NCBI GenBank assembly: GCA_951406725.2
Contig: OX597823.1
Coordinates: 8,866,001-8,930,000 of the forward strand
DNA: 64,000 bases
Source of the DNA: Octopus vulgaris
Lineage: Eukaryota
Direction of reading: 5' to 3'
The translations under genes were made by a program, and so were the position numbers. The notes beneath the pieces were generated by a model. It was not told the DNA's origin, made no database searches, and saw nothing but the letters and a program-made list of their open reading frames with translations. Below, in pieces: positions 41,544 through 54,302 of this stretch (positions are counted from its first letter, which is position 1; the number at the start of each line of letters is the position of its first letter).

Positions 41544-43655
41544 GGACCTGGACGAAAACAAACTGTTCCCAGAAGAGCAGAAAGGATGCCGCAAAGGCTC
41601 ATATGGCTGTAAAGATCAACTAATGATTAATAAAGCCATAACTGAAGACAACCACAGAAAGAAGAAAGGCCTCAGTATGGCCTGGATTGACTACAAAAAG
41701 GCGTTTGATAGCATCCCCCACACATGGATCCTCGAAACACTAGCCATTAACAAAGTAGCACCAACAATCATAAAATTCATAGAGCACTCTATGAATAAAT
41801 GGCAAACAGTCCTACACCTCCAAACAAAAGAGGGACTCATGAAAACCAAAGACATCCCCATTAGAAGAGGAATATTCCAGGGAGATACGCTCTCTCCACT
41901 CCTTTTCTGCTTGGCACTGTCACCTCTATCTGATATGCTAAATAGAACTGGATGCGGATATAAATGTTACGGCAAAACGATCAGCCACCTTTTATATATG
42001 GATGACCTAAAACTATACGCTGCAAATGACAAACAGCTGGAAACACTATTAAAGACAGTTCATGGATTTACCAAAGAAATAGATATGAAATTTGGATTAG
42101 AAAAATGCGCCAAAGTAACCATGAAAGAGGAAAACTAGTTAAGAGTAACAACATCACACTAGATGAAGCAAATGAAATAAAAGAATTAGACCAAAGCCAA
42201 ACTTACAAATACTTAGGAATCCATGAACTAGATAAGACACAACACACACAAATGAAAGAGAAAATAAAAAAAGAATATTATAGACGAGTTAGATCAATAC
42301 TAAACACAGAGCTCAATGCTAAAAACAAGATAATAGGTATCAACACTTTAGCTGTCCCAGTTATAAGTTACAGCTACAATATCCTTAACTGGACACGAAA
42401 TGAACTGACCAAAATAGACAGGAAAACAAGAAAAATAATGACAGGATCTAGGATGCATCACCCAAAATCTGACATAGAAAGACTATATATACAACGTATA
42501 GAAGGTGGTAGAGGCCTTATACAGCTGGAAAACTACTATAAAATAACCACCATGGGACTGCAAAAATATCTACTTCAGAAGGAAGGAAAACTGATCCAGA
42601 TAGCGGCAAAACACGAGCAAAACAAAAAACTGTTCTCAGTATTTAAGGAAGCTGACAAATACAAACAAGAAATCATACCACCTAATAAACATGAAGAAGA
42701 AGAAGAAGAAGATGAAGAAACAACAAAAGCTATAAAAAAAATGAAATCCAAACTAAAAATAGAACAGCAACGAACCATGATAAAACGATGGCAAGAAAAG
42801 CCCCTTCATGGTAAATACTGGACTAAACTAAACGCAAAAGAAATAGACAAAGAAAAATCCCAGCAATGGTTGAGAAGCTCAGGACTCAAAGCAGAAACAG
42901 AGGGATTTTTAATTGCAGCACAAGACCAAAGCCTACCCACCAGAAATTACCAAAAACATGTAATGAAAAGAAATATTACAAGTAACTGCAGAATATGTGG
43001 AGATGGACAAGAAACAATAAATCATATTATCTCTAGCTGCCCAGTCCTGGCTAAGAAGGAATATATTCACAGACATGACAGAGTTGGAACTTACATACAT
43101 TGGAAGCTATGCCAACATTATGGAATAACAACAGAAAAAAGATGGTATAGGCACACACCAGAAAAGGTCACAGAAAACGAGAAAGCAACCATACTCTGGG
43201 ATATGCCGATACACACAGATAGAGAAATTAAGGCCAACAGACCAGATATAGTTGTCAGAGACCATGAAGAAAAAAATGCTTTCTAATTGATGTATCAGTA
43301 CCGGCAGATGACAACGTGTCTCTAAAAGAAATGGAGAAACTCTCAAAATACAAAGACCTGGAAATAGAGGTAACTACAATGTGGAATCTGAAAACAGAAA
43401 CAATTCCTATCATAGTAGGTGCATTAGGCATGATAAAAAAATATTCAGACAAATACATAACAAAAACACCAGGACTTACAAACACATATAACATACAGAA
43501 AATTGCACTACTAGGCACTGCACACATCCTACGCAGAACACTTTCCATACAATAACCATCAGAGCATCACAACAAATCACAGCACATACCCAAGGCACAC
43601 AGAGCTGCGCTCGGTAGTGAAGTGAAAGCACGCTATAAAAATAAAAATAAAACAA

Positions 43656-43685
<30 letters not shown>
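41543..43685 (+). mobile_element. R4/Dong-clade non-LTR retrotransposon, 5'-truncated (RT + CCHC + restriction-like endonuclease, two frameshifts)
   Basis: EQKG, WIDYKKAFDSI, RGIFQGDTLSPLLF, LYMDD, YKYLG, CRICGDGQETINHIISSC, RHD, KANRPDIVV; 3' UTR followed by (TAA)n; inserted in (TAA)n, the known Dong target. Confidence 0.93.
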
Positions 43686-43690
<5 letters not shown>

Positions 43691-43944
43691 CCTACCTCGG
43701 GAAGGATCAAGAAGCATGTATCACAGGGTTTTACCTAAAATCGGGAACATACAAAACGCATAACACATAGAGTAGAGCTACTCGGTGATAATACAAGATA
43801 TTACAAATACTCTATGAACAGAGTGCTGCGCGCTGCAATGTAGTCAGAACACGTAAAGATGTAAATCGTAAAGAAATATTAGGAATGTTGATATTATATG
43901 GTTGAGTTTAAAATATTTCCATAGGAACACACTGATTTAGAATA

Positions 43945-44353
43945 TACTCTTAACTCTTTTACTCTTTTACTTGTTTCAGTCATTTGACTGCGGCCATGCT
44001 GGAGCACCGCCTTTAGTCGAGCAAATCGACCCCGAGACTTATTCTTTGTAAGCCCAGTACTTATTCTATCAGTCGCTTTTTTGCCGAACCGCTAAGTGAC
44101 GGGGACGTAAACACACCAGCATCGGTTGTCAAGCAATGCTAGGGGGACAAACACAGACACACAAACATACATATATATATACATATATACGACAGGCTTC
44201 TTTCAGTTTCCGTCTACCAAATCCACTCACAAGGCATTGGTCGGCCCGGGGTTATAGCAGAAGACACTTGCCCAAGATGCCACACAGTGGGACTGAACCC
44301 AGAACCATGTGGTTGTTTAGCAAGCTACTTACAACACAGCCACTCCTGCGCCT
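43945..44353 (-). mobile_element. tRNA-derived SINE family D
   Basis: Full reverse-complement copy. Confidence 0.88.
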
Positions 44354-44541
44354 ATATGTATTAAGAATTGTTAATAAATTCAGTCATTAAATGAAAATAT
44401 GTATGGTATAAGATATGTTTGCCAATGCTATTACAAGGCGGGGTAAACGAACCAGAACAAATAATATGAAATTATATAGACAGCGAAACCAGAGATTTAA
44501 CCATATCACGCCTATACATACACGTAGTAATAGACAGAACT

Positions 44542-44929
44542 GAGACGCAATGGCCCAGTGGTTAGGGCAGCGGACTCGCGGTCATAGGATCGCGGTTTCG
44601 ATTCCCAGACTGGGCGTTGTGAGTGTTTATTGAGCGAAAACACCTAAAGCTCCACGAGGCTCCGGCAGCGATGGTGGTGATCCCTGTTGTAATCTTTCAC
44701 CACAACTTTCTCTCACTCTTACTTCCTGTTTCTGTTGTACCTGTATTTCAAAGGGCCGGCCTTGTCACTCTCTGTGTCACGCTGAATCTCCCTGAGAACA
44801 ACGTTAAGGGTGCACGTGTCTGTGGAGTGCTCAGCCACTTACACGTTAATTTCACGAGCAGGCTGTTCCGTTGATTCGGATCAACCGGAACCCTCATCTT
44901 CGTACGGGACGGAGTGCTTCCATCCATCC
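44542..44929 (+). mobile_element. SINE family C
   Basis: TSD AATAGACAGAACT (44529-44541, 44930-44942); (TCCA)n tail. Confidence 0.9.
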
Positions 44930-45337
44930 AATAGACAGAACTAATAAGATACAACATAGACTTGAAGAAGAATACCCGGAACGAATATTACGGAGAACCC
45001 TAATGTTAAAAAAATGAAACTCGAGGATAGATGTAATATAATAAATATAGATGCAGTCGTCATCTTAATTATAAAAATCAGCTTCAACTTAATAATTTGG
45101 CAGTTAAATGAATTTAAAATGCTTGCGCAAAAAAAGACAAGAAAATACTAATAGCGTTTGGAAGCCACCCGCATGCAAAGCTGGTATAGGTAGTATCTAC
45201 CCGTCTTGAACAGAGAGGACTGCATCAGACCTAAATAAAGATGTGAAGTGCGCTACAAAGAAACAATAAAGGGCGTACATAAACTGAAAGTAAGCAAATA
45301 GGAATTGTTTATTGCAATATGGAAACGTATTGCGATA

Positions 45338-45684
45338 TGGAGGCGCAATGGTCCAGTGGTTAGGGCAGCGGATTCACGCGGTCGGAGGATCGCGGTTTCG
45401 ATTCCCAGACCGGGCGTTGTGTGTGTTTATTGAGCGAAAACATCTAAAAGCTCCACAAAGCTCCGGCAGAGGGTGGTGGCGACACTTGTTGTACTCTTCC
45501 GCCACAACTTTCTCTCATTCTCTCTTCCTGTTTCTTGAGTAACTCTGCGATGGACTGGCGTGCCGTCCAGCTGGTGGTGGTGGTGGTGGGGGGACACATA
45601 CGCCACAGAAACCGGGAAACTGGGCCCATGAACCTGGCTAGGCTTGAAAAGGAGGCATAAATAAATAAATAAATAAATAAATAA
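45338..45684 (+). mobile_element. SINE with family C head but a different 3' half and (TAAA)n tail
   Basis: Matches family C to about CTTCCTGTTTCT (45535), then GCGATGGACTGGCGTGCCGTCCAG...CAGAAACCGGGAAAC. Confidence 0.8.
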
Positions 45685-46649
45685 GTAAAACATGGAAACA
45701 ATGACAGAGTCGGAAGCAGTTGCTGTACGTAGAAGGAAAAACTGTCGTATAAATTTGATGTTGACTACACTGAAAGGACGTGATAAGAATAAAACAATGC
45801 AAGACCGTTAAAATATAAAAATGGGAAATGAAAGCAAATCAAAAACGTACTAAACATGGTAACAGAAAAGAGGTAAGCGAGAATGAACTCCTATGCTCTG
45901 GGTTAAAAGTTTAAGAAGGAGATCTGATTTCTGATGATTAGAACCAAAACTTAGTCACAACCAACGAAAAGATAAAATAATTGCAAAAGATAACCTCTAG
46001 CATACAGTATAAAGTCAGTGCAGGAGACAATTGATTACAACATTTCCGGTGTCCAAGTCCTAGCCAAGTTTTTGTGTATCCACAGAGTTGACGATCAGCA
46101 TTTATGTTCATTGGGCAATAGCCAACACTTGAACGCTGCAAAGGATAAAAAGTGATATAAACATATACCAAACACTTTACATGGCAACATCCTAACCAGA
46201 ATCTGACACAGAGATCAAGATAACAGTTCAGATATAATTACCAAGAATTAGAACAAAAATATCAATAATCTGATAGAAATTACCATATATTGTGACCCAA
46301 GTTGTAATATTACAAACTCTGGAAATTGAAAAAAATGTAGTATGGCCATCATTAAAGAGGAAACAGTAACGATAATAAGTGGAGCGTCAAGTATGATAAT
46401 TTATGAATAAAGACAGTAGAACTGTAACAGGGCCCATGACTATAAGTAAATTTTAAAAATAGCTCTACTATGTATAGGTCTCATCATTTGTAAGTACTTT
46501 CCAGTTCGGTAGCATAACTCACAGTATACTCTCTACAGGAATCATATACATTAAACATCAGCTAATAAAATATCACCTCACATAAATAATACAATTAGCA
46601 ACTAATAAAATAAGAAGATTCACACTCTCACACGCTATGGAATCAACAT

Positions 46650-47037
46650 AGAAGGCGCAATGGCCCAGTGGTTAGGGCAGCGGACTCGCGGTCATAGGAT
46701 CGCGGTTTCGATTCCCAGACCGGGCGTTGTGAGTGTTTATTGAGCGAAAACACCTAAAGCACCACGCGGCTCCGGCAGGGGATGGTTGTGATCCCGGCTG
46801 TACTCTTTCACCACAACTTTCTCTCACTCTTACTTCCTGTTTCTGTTGTACCAGTATTTCAAAGGGCCGGCCTTGTCACTCTCTGTGTCACGCTGAATAT
46901 CCCCGAGAACTACGTTAAGGGTACACGTGTCTGTGGAGTGCTCAGCCACTTACACGTTAATTTCACGAGCAGGCTGTTCCGTTGATTCGGATCAACCGGA
47001 ACCCTCGTCGTCGTAACCGACGGAGTGCTTCCATCCA
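46650..47037 (+). mobile_element. SINE family C
   Basis: TSD GGAATCAACAT (46639-46649, 47038-47048). Confidence 0.9.
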
Positions 47038-48130
47038 GGAATCAACATTGAATAACAGCACCAACGCATCTCACAAATTTCATAGTCTGCAAAATAACAA
47101 CTAATTAATATAACACGACGTCTATTCCAACACAATCGATATTAGATTTTAACAACCACACCAAAGTTTGGCCTTTTAGATACTGGAGATTATGTCAGTG
47201 TTTAGAAGTAGCAAAATAAAGAATTTTTATGAATATATTGCAGAAAATGTCAATCCATATAGGTAGGTAAAGACTAACTGGTAAATATCGTTGCCAGGGA
47301 CAGCCAGAAACGAAAGGGTATCCTGACCACTATATCAATCTAAACAAATGGTAATTCATTTCTATAAGGAATATCGAAACATCATCCAAATGCAAATATT
47401 TAGTAAAGGAGATGAGAAAAGAGTGGAGCTGAAGAGAGGGTCCTTGTACGTGTAGGATCTCATTGTACTATTTGCTGTATGATATTCACATTCATAAGTC
47501 GCACCATTCTCAAAGCACTGGTTCTATGTGCTTTCGGAATTATAAAGTGTGATGCAGGCAAATTTATAAAGAAAAGTTCTGGACTTACGAATGTGTATAT
47601 CATACAAAAATAATAATAGGAAATACTCCGTGCGTATTTTGCATAACGTAATTTCAATACATTAGAAAATACGAGGAAAGAACATTTTTGGCTGATTAGG
47701 ACATCATACACCCCACTCAGTAGTGCTTTTAGAACGCCATCGCTGGTGCTCCGCAGGCAAGCACCGAAGCTGTACTGTTTTGGAGAATTATATTGATCGC
47801 AGTGACGACGGTGATGAAAACGAAGACGAACTTGTGCGATCGTCTGTGGTGCGACGATACGACTTGTCACAATTCATGAATTTCAACGTATTGCATTCAG
47901 GGATCAACCGTAGATTTAGGAGTTTGGAATTTAAGAATTTTGAGTGACTCCCAAGGCACTCTAACAAGTGGACAATGACGTCAGCGAGTAAACAACTGTG
48001 GAATTCATTAGCTATAATAGCGGATATGATCGAAGGTGTCGTCTGAACAACTCTGCGCTTCAAGTTGAAGAGTTTGAACGGTCTTTTCTGGTGGACATTC
48101 AAGTCGGAGATAATAGAAAACTTTCATAGG

Positions 48131-48240
48131 TTCTTCTTCTTCTTCTTCTTCTTCTTCTTCTTCTTCTTCTTCTTCTTCTTCTTCTTCTTCTTCTTCTTCT
48201 TCTTCTTCTTCTTCTTCTTCTTCTTCTTCTACTTCTTCTT
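48131..48240. repeat. (TTC)n microsatellite
   Basis: Direct reading. Confidence 0.95.
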
Positions 48241-48800
48241 TTTCAATATCCATCTTAATATCGCACAGACTGGACTGGACTAGCAGCGCATACCACCAAA
48301 GTGACGCTCTGGTACAAATATATGTAACCCAATATACCGATCGTGACTCTACGTCTGACAAGGTTATAGCAGGAACACGCATCACAACCCAATGTGTGCG
48401 ACTTGAAGACTTCATATCAAGATAAAGAGCACATGACATTGCTGTTGAGGCCCAGTTAGAATTTTCTTTGGGTTGAGTAGCCTATCCTGTTCCAAATGTC
48501 CCTGACTGGGGTGATGACCGAAACACACACGTTTCCAGTGTTGAATTATTCAAACTCCAAAGAATTCTTCTCTGCCCATGGGAATGGTACTTCCCCACAA
48601 AGGCTTCTCACGTTCAGAGATGTACATATCGACAGCAACCGAGAAACAAATGTGCGGTATTGCGAAGAATATTTCTTATAGCCCATTTTTTGCACCGACA
48701 CAAATCATGTATATACCAACACTTCAAATTAATTAAGATCAGAAACCATGGAAGCCATTACCTGATACTGCATAAGGCCATTTTTTTTATTATTATTATT

Positions 48801-48915
48801 TAGTAATTTTTTTTTATATCGTGCTTTCACTTCACTACCGATCGTAGCTCTGTTTGCCTTGGGTATGTGCTGTGTTTTGTTGTGATGCTCTGATGGTTAC
48901 AGTATTGAAAGTGTT
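48801..48915 (-). mobile_element. Extreme 3' end of the same R4/Dong LINE family
   Basis: Reverse complement of ~43536-43660 (CCATCAGAGCATCACAACA...GGTAGTGAAGTGAAAGCACG); (ATT)n on both sides. Confidence 0.85.
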
Positions 48916-48916
48916 G

Positions 48917-48985
<69 letters not shown>

Positions 48986-50059
48986 TCAGACATCCATCGC
49001 CAGAAGATGAAGCTTCTCTTTTAGTTAATCATTATTTTTGATTTTTACTTCTTTCTTTCATTCATATGTCGAAATCGAGGTTTCCATCATCATCATCATC
49101 ACCATTCTCATCCTCCTCCCTCTCCTCCTCCTCATCCTCATTATCATTATCATTATCATCATCATCATCATCATCATAATTTAGCAATTAAAGCCCGAGA
49201 TATAACTAAATATTGACTTTCAGAAATGGAAAAAAAAAGAAGAAAAATAGACTGCATACTTGAACATTTACTCATGCAATTCATATATCTAAATCTTCTA
49301 CTGTTTTCATACGACAAAAAGAAATTCCTTAGTTTGTAACACTGGAAAAATACTAAAGCAAAAATAAAATTGAAATATTTCATATTCATTTCTAAACATC
49401 ATCAGAGTTAAAATGTTTCTAAATTTCGTGGAATTCGTGTAATAAATATTGAATAAAATATATAACATTAATGGAGTATATTGACAAATGAAAAATAACA
49501 AGATTAATCTAAGCTACAAAATCGTTGTGGTAATGTAATTGGAGTGGGATTCTGCAGTAGTAAATCTTCTCTTCAAGAAATAGAATGCTTTTCTTTTGAT
49601 TATTCTCATAGAATAAACTAAGCTGTTTATAATCAAAAGAAAAACAAAAGACGAAAGTGTGAGAAAAATAAAATGGAATTGAAGACTATTGTTTGCGCTA
49701 TCTTGTGACAATTCATTAAACTAGACATTTTTATTCAAAATATAAAAAAAAGAAAGACTCTATCTAATCCTGGCCTATAAAATAAGTAAATTATTGAGAG
49801 AAGATATTGCTGTCATTTTATAGTCAATTTTGTAAAAAAAAAACATATAAACATAATCATCATAACATTTATAATAACCAGGATTATAATGCGTAAATGT
49901 AAAACTTCATAGAACTCCATTGTTCCGTTACCTGATAGACTGCACATCGACCCATTTTCGGATGTTCCAGTCGTAGTATTTACAGTATACTAAGACAAAT
50001 GTGCTACACTTCGCGCGCGCATGCTATCGCGCCTATACACACACACACATATTATTCGA

Positions 50060-50120
<61 letters not shown>

Positions 50121-50155
50121 AAAAGGAGATGTGGAACACGAGTTGTGATATATAA

Positions 50156-50472
50156 AAAGGAAATGAAGAAAATGCTGACAAAATAATTTAAGTAATTTAA
50201 GTAATTTAATTAGGTGAAAGTTCTTTTTACCGGTTGCGCATTTGTTATGCTTATCAAAATATATTTTTTAAAGAGAGATTAGAGTTCCTTTTCTGATAGA
50301 TTTTTTCCTCTTATCTGATAAGAGGAAAAAAATCTATCAGAAAAGGAACTCTAATCTCTCTTTAAAAAATATATTTTGATAAGCATAACAAATGCGCAAC
50401 CGGTAAAAAGAACTTTTACCTATTAAATTACTTAAATTACTTAAATTATTTTGTTAGCATTTTCTTCATTTC

Positions 50473-50476
<4 letters not shown>
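50156..50476. repeat. Near-perfect ~320-bp palindrome
   Basis: ~160-bp arms around a single T at 50316 (CCTCTTATC-T-GATAAGAGG). Confidence 0.92.
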
Positions 50477-50529
<53 letters not shown>

Positions 50530-50713
50530 ATAGAGGGCATTATTACACATAAATGCCACACGCTAGGAGGGACTCTTAAAGTCATATCTACCAAATATAA
50601 ACAAATTGTACCGAATGCAATTCTCAAAGCGAGTCATCTTTTTCTTTCTCTTACGAGGTTTTTCACGCCAACTACCTGATAATTTCTTATTAATATTTTA
50701 TCCTATTTTTTAA

Positions 50714-50762
<49 letters not shown>

Positions 50763-50869
50763 TGTATGTATGTATGTATGTATGTATGTATGTATGTATG
50801 TATGTATGTGTGTGTGTATGTGTGTATGTGTGTGTGTGTGTGTGTGTTTGTGTATTTCTATGTATTTCT

Positions 50870-51744
50870 ATGTATTGGCGCCATCTTATATTTTTAATTT
50901 TGCGCATCTGCATTTTTGGTTTTTGAATTTATCGCCTACACAAACTTGTACGGTCAGTTGGGCACCATCTGTGAGAAAAACAGCACCATGATGCAATTCA
51001 CTTTACTAGAAATTTGGAAATGACATGCAGTACTGCTTGGTATTCCCGCCGGAAGCTCTAATACGAACTAATGGTGAACACATAGAACAGAAGTTGGCTT
51101 CCCCTGTCCTCAAAACATGTACCGAGAGTGATACATATCAAACATCCAGTAAACATCATAGTGTTTGGAGTGATATGTAGTGATGGCGACGTTATACCTC
51201 CATTCATCAGTCCACACGGCCTCAGACTCAAGACGGAGGCTTACATCAAGTGCTTGGTGGAGGTCATGTTACCCTGGGTCAAGGAGATCGCAACCGGAAG
51301 GCCCTATGTTTGGCGACAGGAATTTGCGCCATCCTACACAAGCAGGAGAACCTAGTCATGACTGTCAGACAATTTCCGCGAACACATCACACTTAACATC
51401 TGGTCACGTGACTACCCAGACTGCCACACACTTGATTATTATGTGTGTGGTGCAGTTGAGAGGGAAACCAGCAAAACTCCTTGTAACACCCAGGATGAAC
51501 TGAAGACAAGGATTATGGCAGCATTCACCAACTTAAACAAGGAGGACATCCAGAAAAGTTGCAGAAGATTCCGAAGTCGTCTGCTGGCCGTGGTTGAAGC
51601 CAATGGAGATATTATTGAATAAATTTACTCTTTAGTATTTCAAGCTTTTTTAATGTAAATTTCGTAAATATACCTGTTAAAATGATATGTCTGTGCTTTT
51701 TCATTTTTGTGTAATGTAGACGACATCATATTCCCTGCACCGCG
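50870..51744 (+). mobile_element. maT/DD37D (Tc1/mariner superfamily) transposon remnant, internally deleted
   Basis: KHPVNIIVFGVICSDG...YVWRQE(D)FAPSYTS...IWSRDYPDCHTLDYYV...VEANGDIIE*; 37 codons between the second and third catalytic positions; in-frame stops; ends before TA. Confidence 0.82.
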
Positions 51745-51789
<45 letters not shown>

Positions 51790-51938
51790 AATATAAGAGA
51801 GAGGTCACTATATGGCTCAATCTAGCACTAGTTAATCCAAAAGGTTTCAACCACAAAAATATATGTTTCCCATGAAAGTCGGTACGATTGTTAGCTCACA
51901 CGAACAGGGCAAATAAAAAATAACAAAAATACAGATTA

Positions 51939-52020
51939 TTTTGGGACAATTGTTTCGCTATTAATGAATTAAATGTAATTTTACTTACAAAAAGATCCAC
52001 TTGTAGCTCCTCAGCCAAAA
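51939..52020 (-). ncRNA. Type I hammerhead ribozyme motif
   Basis: TTTTGG-CTGAGGA-GCTA...TAGC-GAAAC-AATT-GTC-CCAAAA on the minus strand. Confidence 0.82.
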
Positions 52021-52377
52021 CTATCTGGATGAAATCCACTCAATCACACGCCAGATTTTACCATAACGATAAATACACGCGTGGTTCAATTGATTACATC
52101 CGACGTTATAATTCAAATGCCTCTACTAACAGCGCGCCAAACTTTCACGGAAAACAAATACCACATTTAGAAATATGTAGCATAATTATAATTAATTAAT
52201 AAGGGTGAGAGAATTAGATACTAATTTAATAGTATATCTATTCAACACCGTGAAAGTTTGGCGCGCTGTTAGTAGGGGCATTTGAATTATAACGTCGGAT
52301 GTAATCAATTGAACCACACGTGTATTTATCGTTATGGTAAAATCTGGCGTGTGATTGAGTGGATTTCATTCAGATAG

Positions 52378-52459
52378 TTTTGGCTGAGGAGCTACAAGTG
52401 GATCCTTTTGTAAGTAAAATTACATTTAATTCATTAATAACGAAACAATTGTCCCAAAA
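52378..52459 (+). ncRNA. Type I hammerhead ribozyme motif (one stem II mismatch)
   Basis: Same motif with TAAC instead of TAGC; predicted cleavage after 52453. Confidence 0.7.
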
Positions 52460-52910
52460 TAATCTGTATTTTTGTTATTTTTTATTTGCCCTGTTCGAGT
52501 GAGCTAACAATCGTACCGACTTTCATGGGAAACATATATTTTTGTGGTTGAAACTTTTTGGATTAACTAGTGCTAGAGTGAGCCATATAGTGACCACTCT
52601 CTTATATTTATTTTGTAAAAATATTATAATATATTATAAAATATTATAATAATCCAGGTTTCTCGGAGCAGTGGGCCACTTGGTGTTGAATAGATATACT
52701 ATTAAATTAGTATCTAATTCTCTCACCCTTATTAATTAATTATAATTATGCTACATATTTCTAAATGTGGTATTTGTTTTCTGTGAAAGTTTGGCGCGCT
52801 GTTAGTAGGGGCATTTGAATTATAACGTCGGATGTAATCAATTGAACCACACGTGTATTTATCGTTATGGTAAAATCTGGCGTGTGATTGAGTGGATTTC
52901 ATCCAGATAG

Positions 52911-52992
52911 TTTTGGCTGAGGAGCTACAAGTGGATCTTTTTGTAAGTAAAATTACATTTAATTCATTAATAGCGAAACAATTGTCCCAAAA
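52911..52992 (+). ncRNA. Type I hammerhead ribozyme motif
   Basis: TTTTGG-CTGAGGA-GCTA-(43 nt)-TAGC-GAAAC-AATT-GTC-CCAAAA; predicted cleavage after 52986. Confidence 0.84.
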
Positions 52993-53266
52993 TAATCTGT
53001 ATTTTTGTTATTTTTTATTTGCCCTGTTCGTGTGAGCTAACAATCGTACCGACTTTCATGGGAAACATATTTTTGTGGTTGAAACCTTTTGGATTAACTA
53101 GTGCTAGATTGAGCCATATAGTGACCACTCTCTTATATTTATTTTGTAAAAATATTATAATATATTATAAAATATTATAATAATCCAGGTTTCTCGGAGC
53201 ACTGGGCCACTTGGTGTTGAATAGATATACTATTAAATTAGTATCTAATTCTCTCACCCTTATTAA

Positions 53267-53317
<51 letters not shown>

Positions 53318-53536
53318 ATCCAAACAAGAAAACACAAAAAAAAACACAACAACGCGAGGACGTGGAACAAATATAGTATTATTGGACGCTCAGGAAAGAA
53401 GGAAAGAAGGAGGGTTTAACATTTCGAGCGGAGCTCTTCGTCGGAAACATAGGAGAAGGTAAGATCCAGAGAAGGGAAGACAGAGGGAAAAAATCGCCAA
53501 CAGTACACACGAGGTCACATTATTTAATTATATATA

Positions 53537-54056
53537 CTGAGAAAAACATCGCAGATGGTCGTACAGACGTGAGGGGAAATGGCTGAATCACCATACGTGA
53601 GATATCAGAGGATATGCAGATTAGTTACGGTTCAGTTCAGTCGATTATCACTGACGATTTGGGTATGAGAAGTGTGCCTGTCAAGTTTGTGCCAAAACTG
53701 CTTTCAGCCGACCAAAAGGACACCCAGGTTTCAGTTGCACAAGATCTCCTTGGTTGTGTCGAGAACGATGGGCCCTTTTTGAAAACTTTGCGTAGGCATT
53801 TCAGCGGGCATCCCCAAGTTTTTGGCAACATTCGATACAGATTTTCGGTTCCATCTCCTCCGTCATTGTCAATGTGACGGACACACGTTACACACCTTCT
53901 TAGCACTGCTGTAGACAGGTTAAATGAGCTAGAACTTTGAAACTTTGCACTCATGCATGGCAGAGTTCAAGGTCAATCTGTACCAAGCGGCTTCACTCCC
54001 TGTGCATTAAGTTCGTTATTATGACAACAGTCCGTATACTTATTGTTCAGAACACG
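53537..54056. mobile_element. Second copy of the opposed-ends mariner derivative
   Basis: EKNIAD...QISYGSVQSIITDDLGMRSVPVKFVPKLL on +, then the inverted 5' end finishing ...CACG|TA; reverse-complement match to 32508-33020. Confidence 0.8.
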
Positions 54057-54088
54057 TATATACATATATATATACATATATATATACA

Positions 54089-54178
<90 letters not shown>

Positions 54179-54224
54179 TATATAAACTAAATGGGCGACT
54201 CATTAATTATTTGAAACTTATATG

Positions 54225-54302
<78 letters not shown>

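Larger units (their letters stand above)
51784..53273. mobile_element. HHR-bearing 533-bp tandem element with inverted 5' copy (retrozyme/Penelope pLTR-like)
   Basis: 51784-52249 is an inverted partial unit; 52248-53273 is ~1.9 direct units (period 533); (TA)n on both flanks. Confidence 0.85.

Noticed and set aside
48500-48536. CTGACTGGGGTGATGACCGAAAC HHR-like string
   Set aside because: Core lacks G8/A9 and no stem I can be formed.
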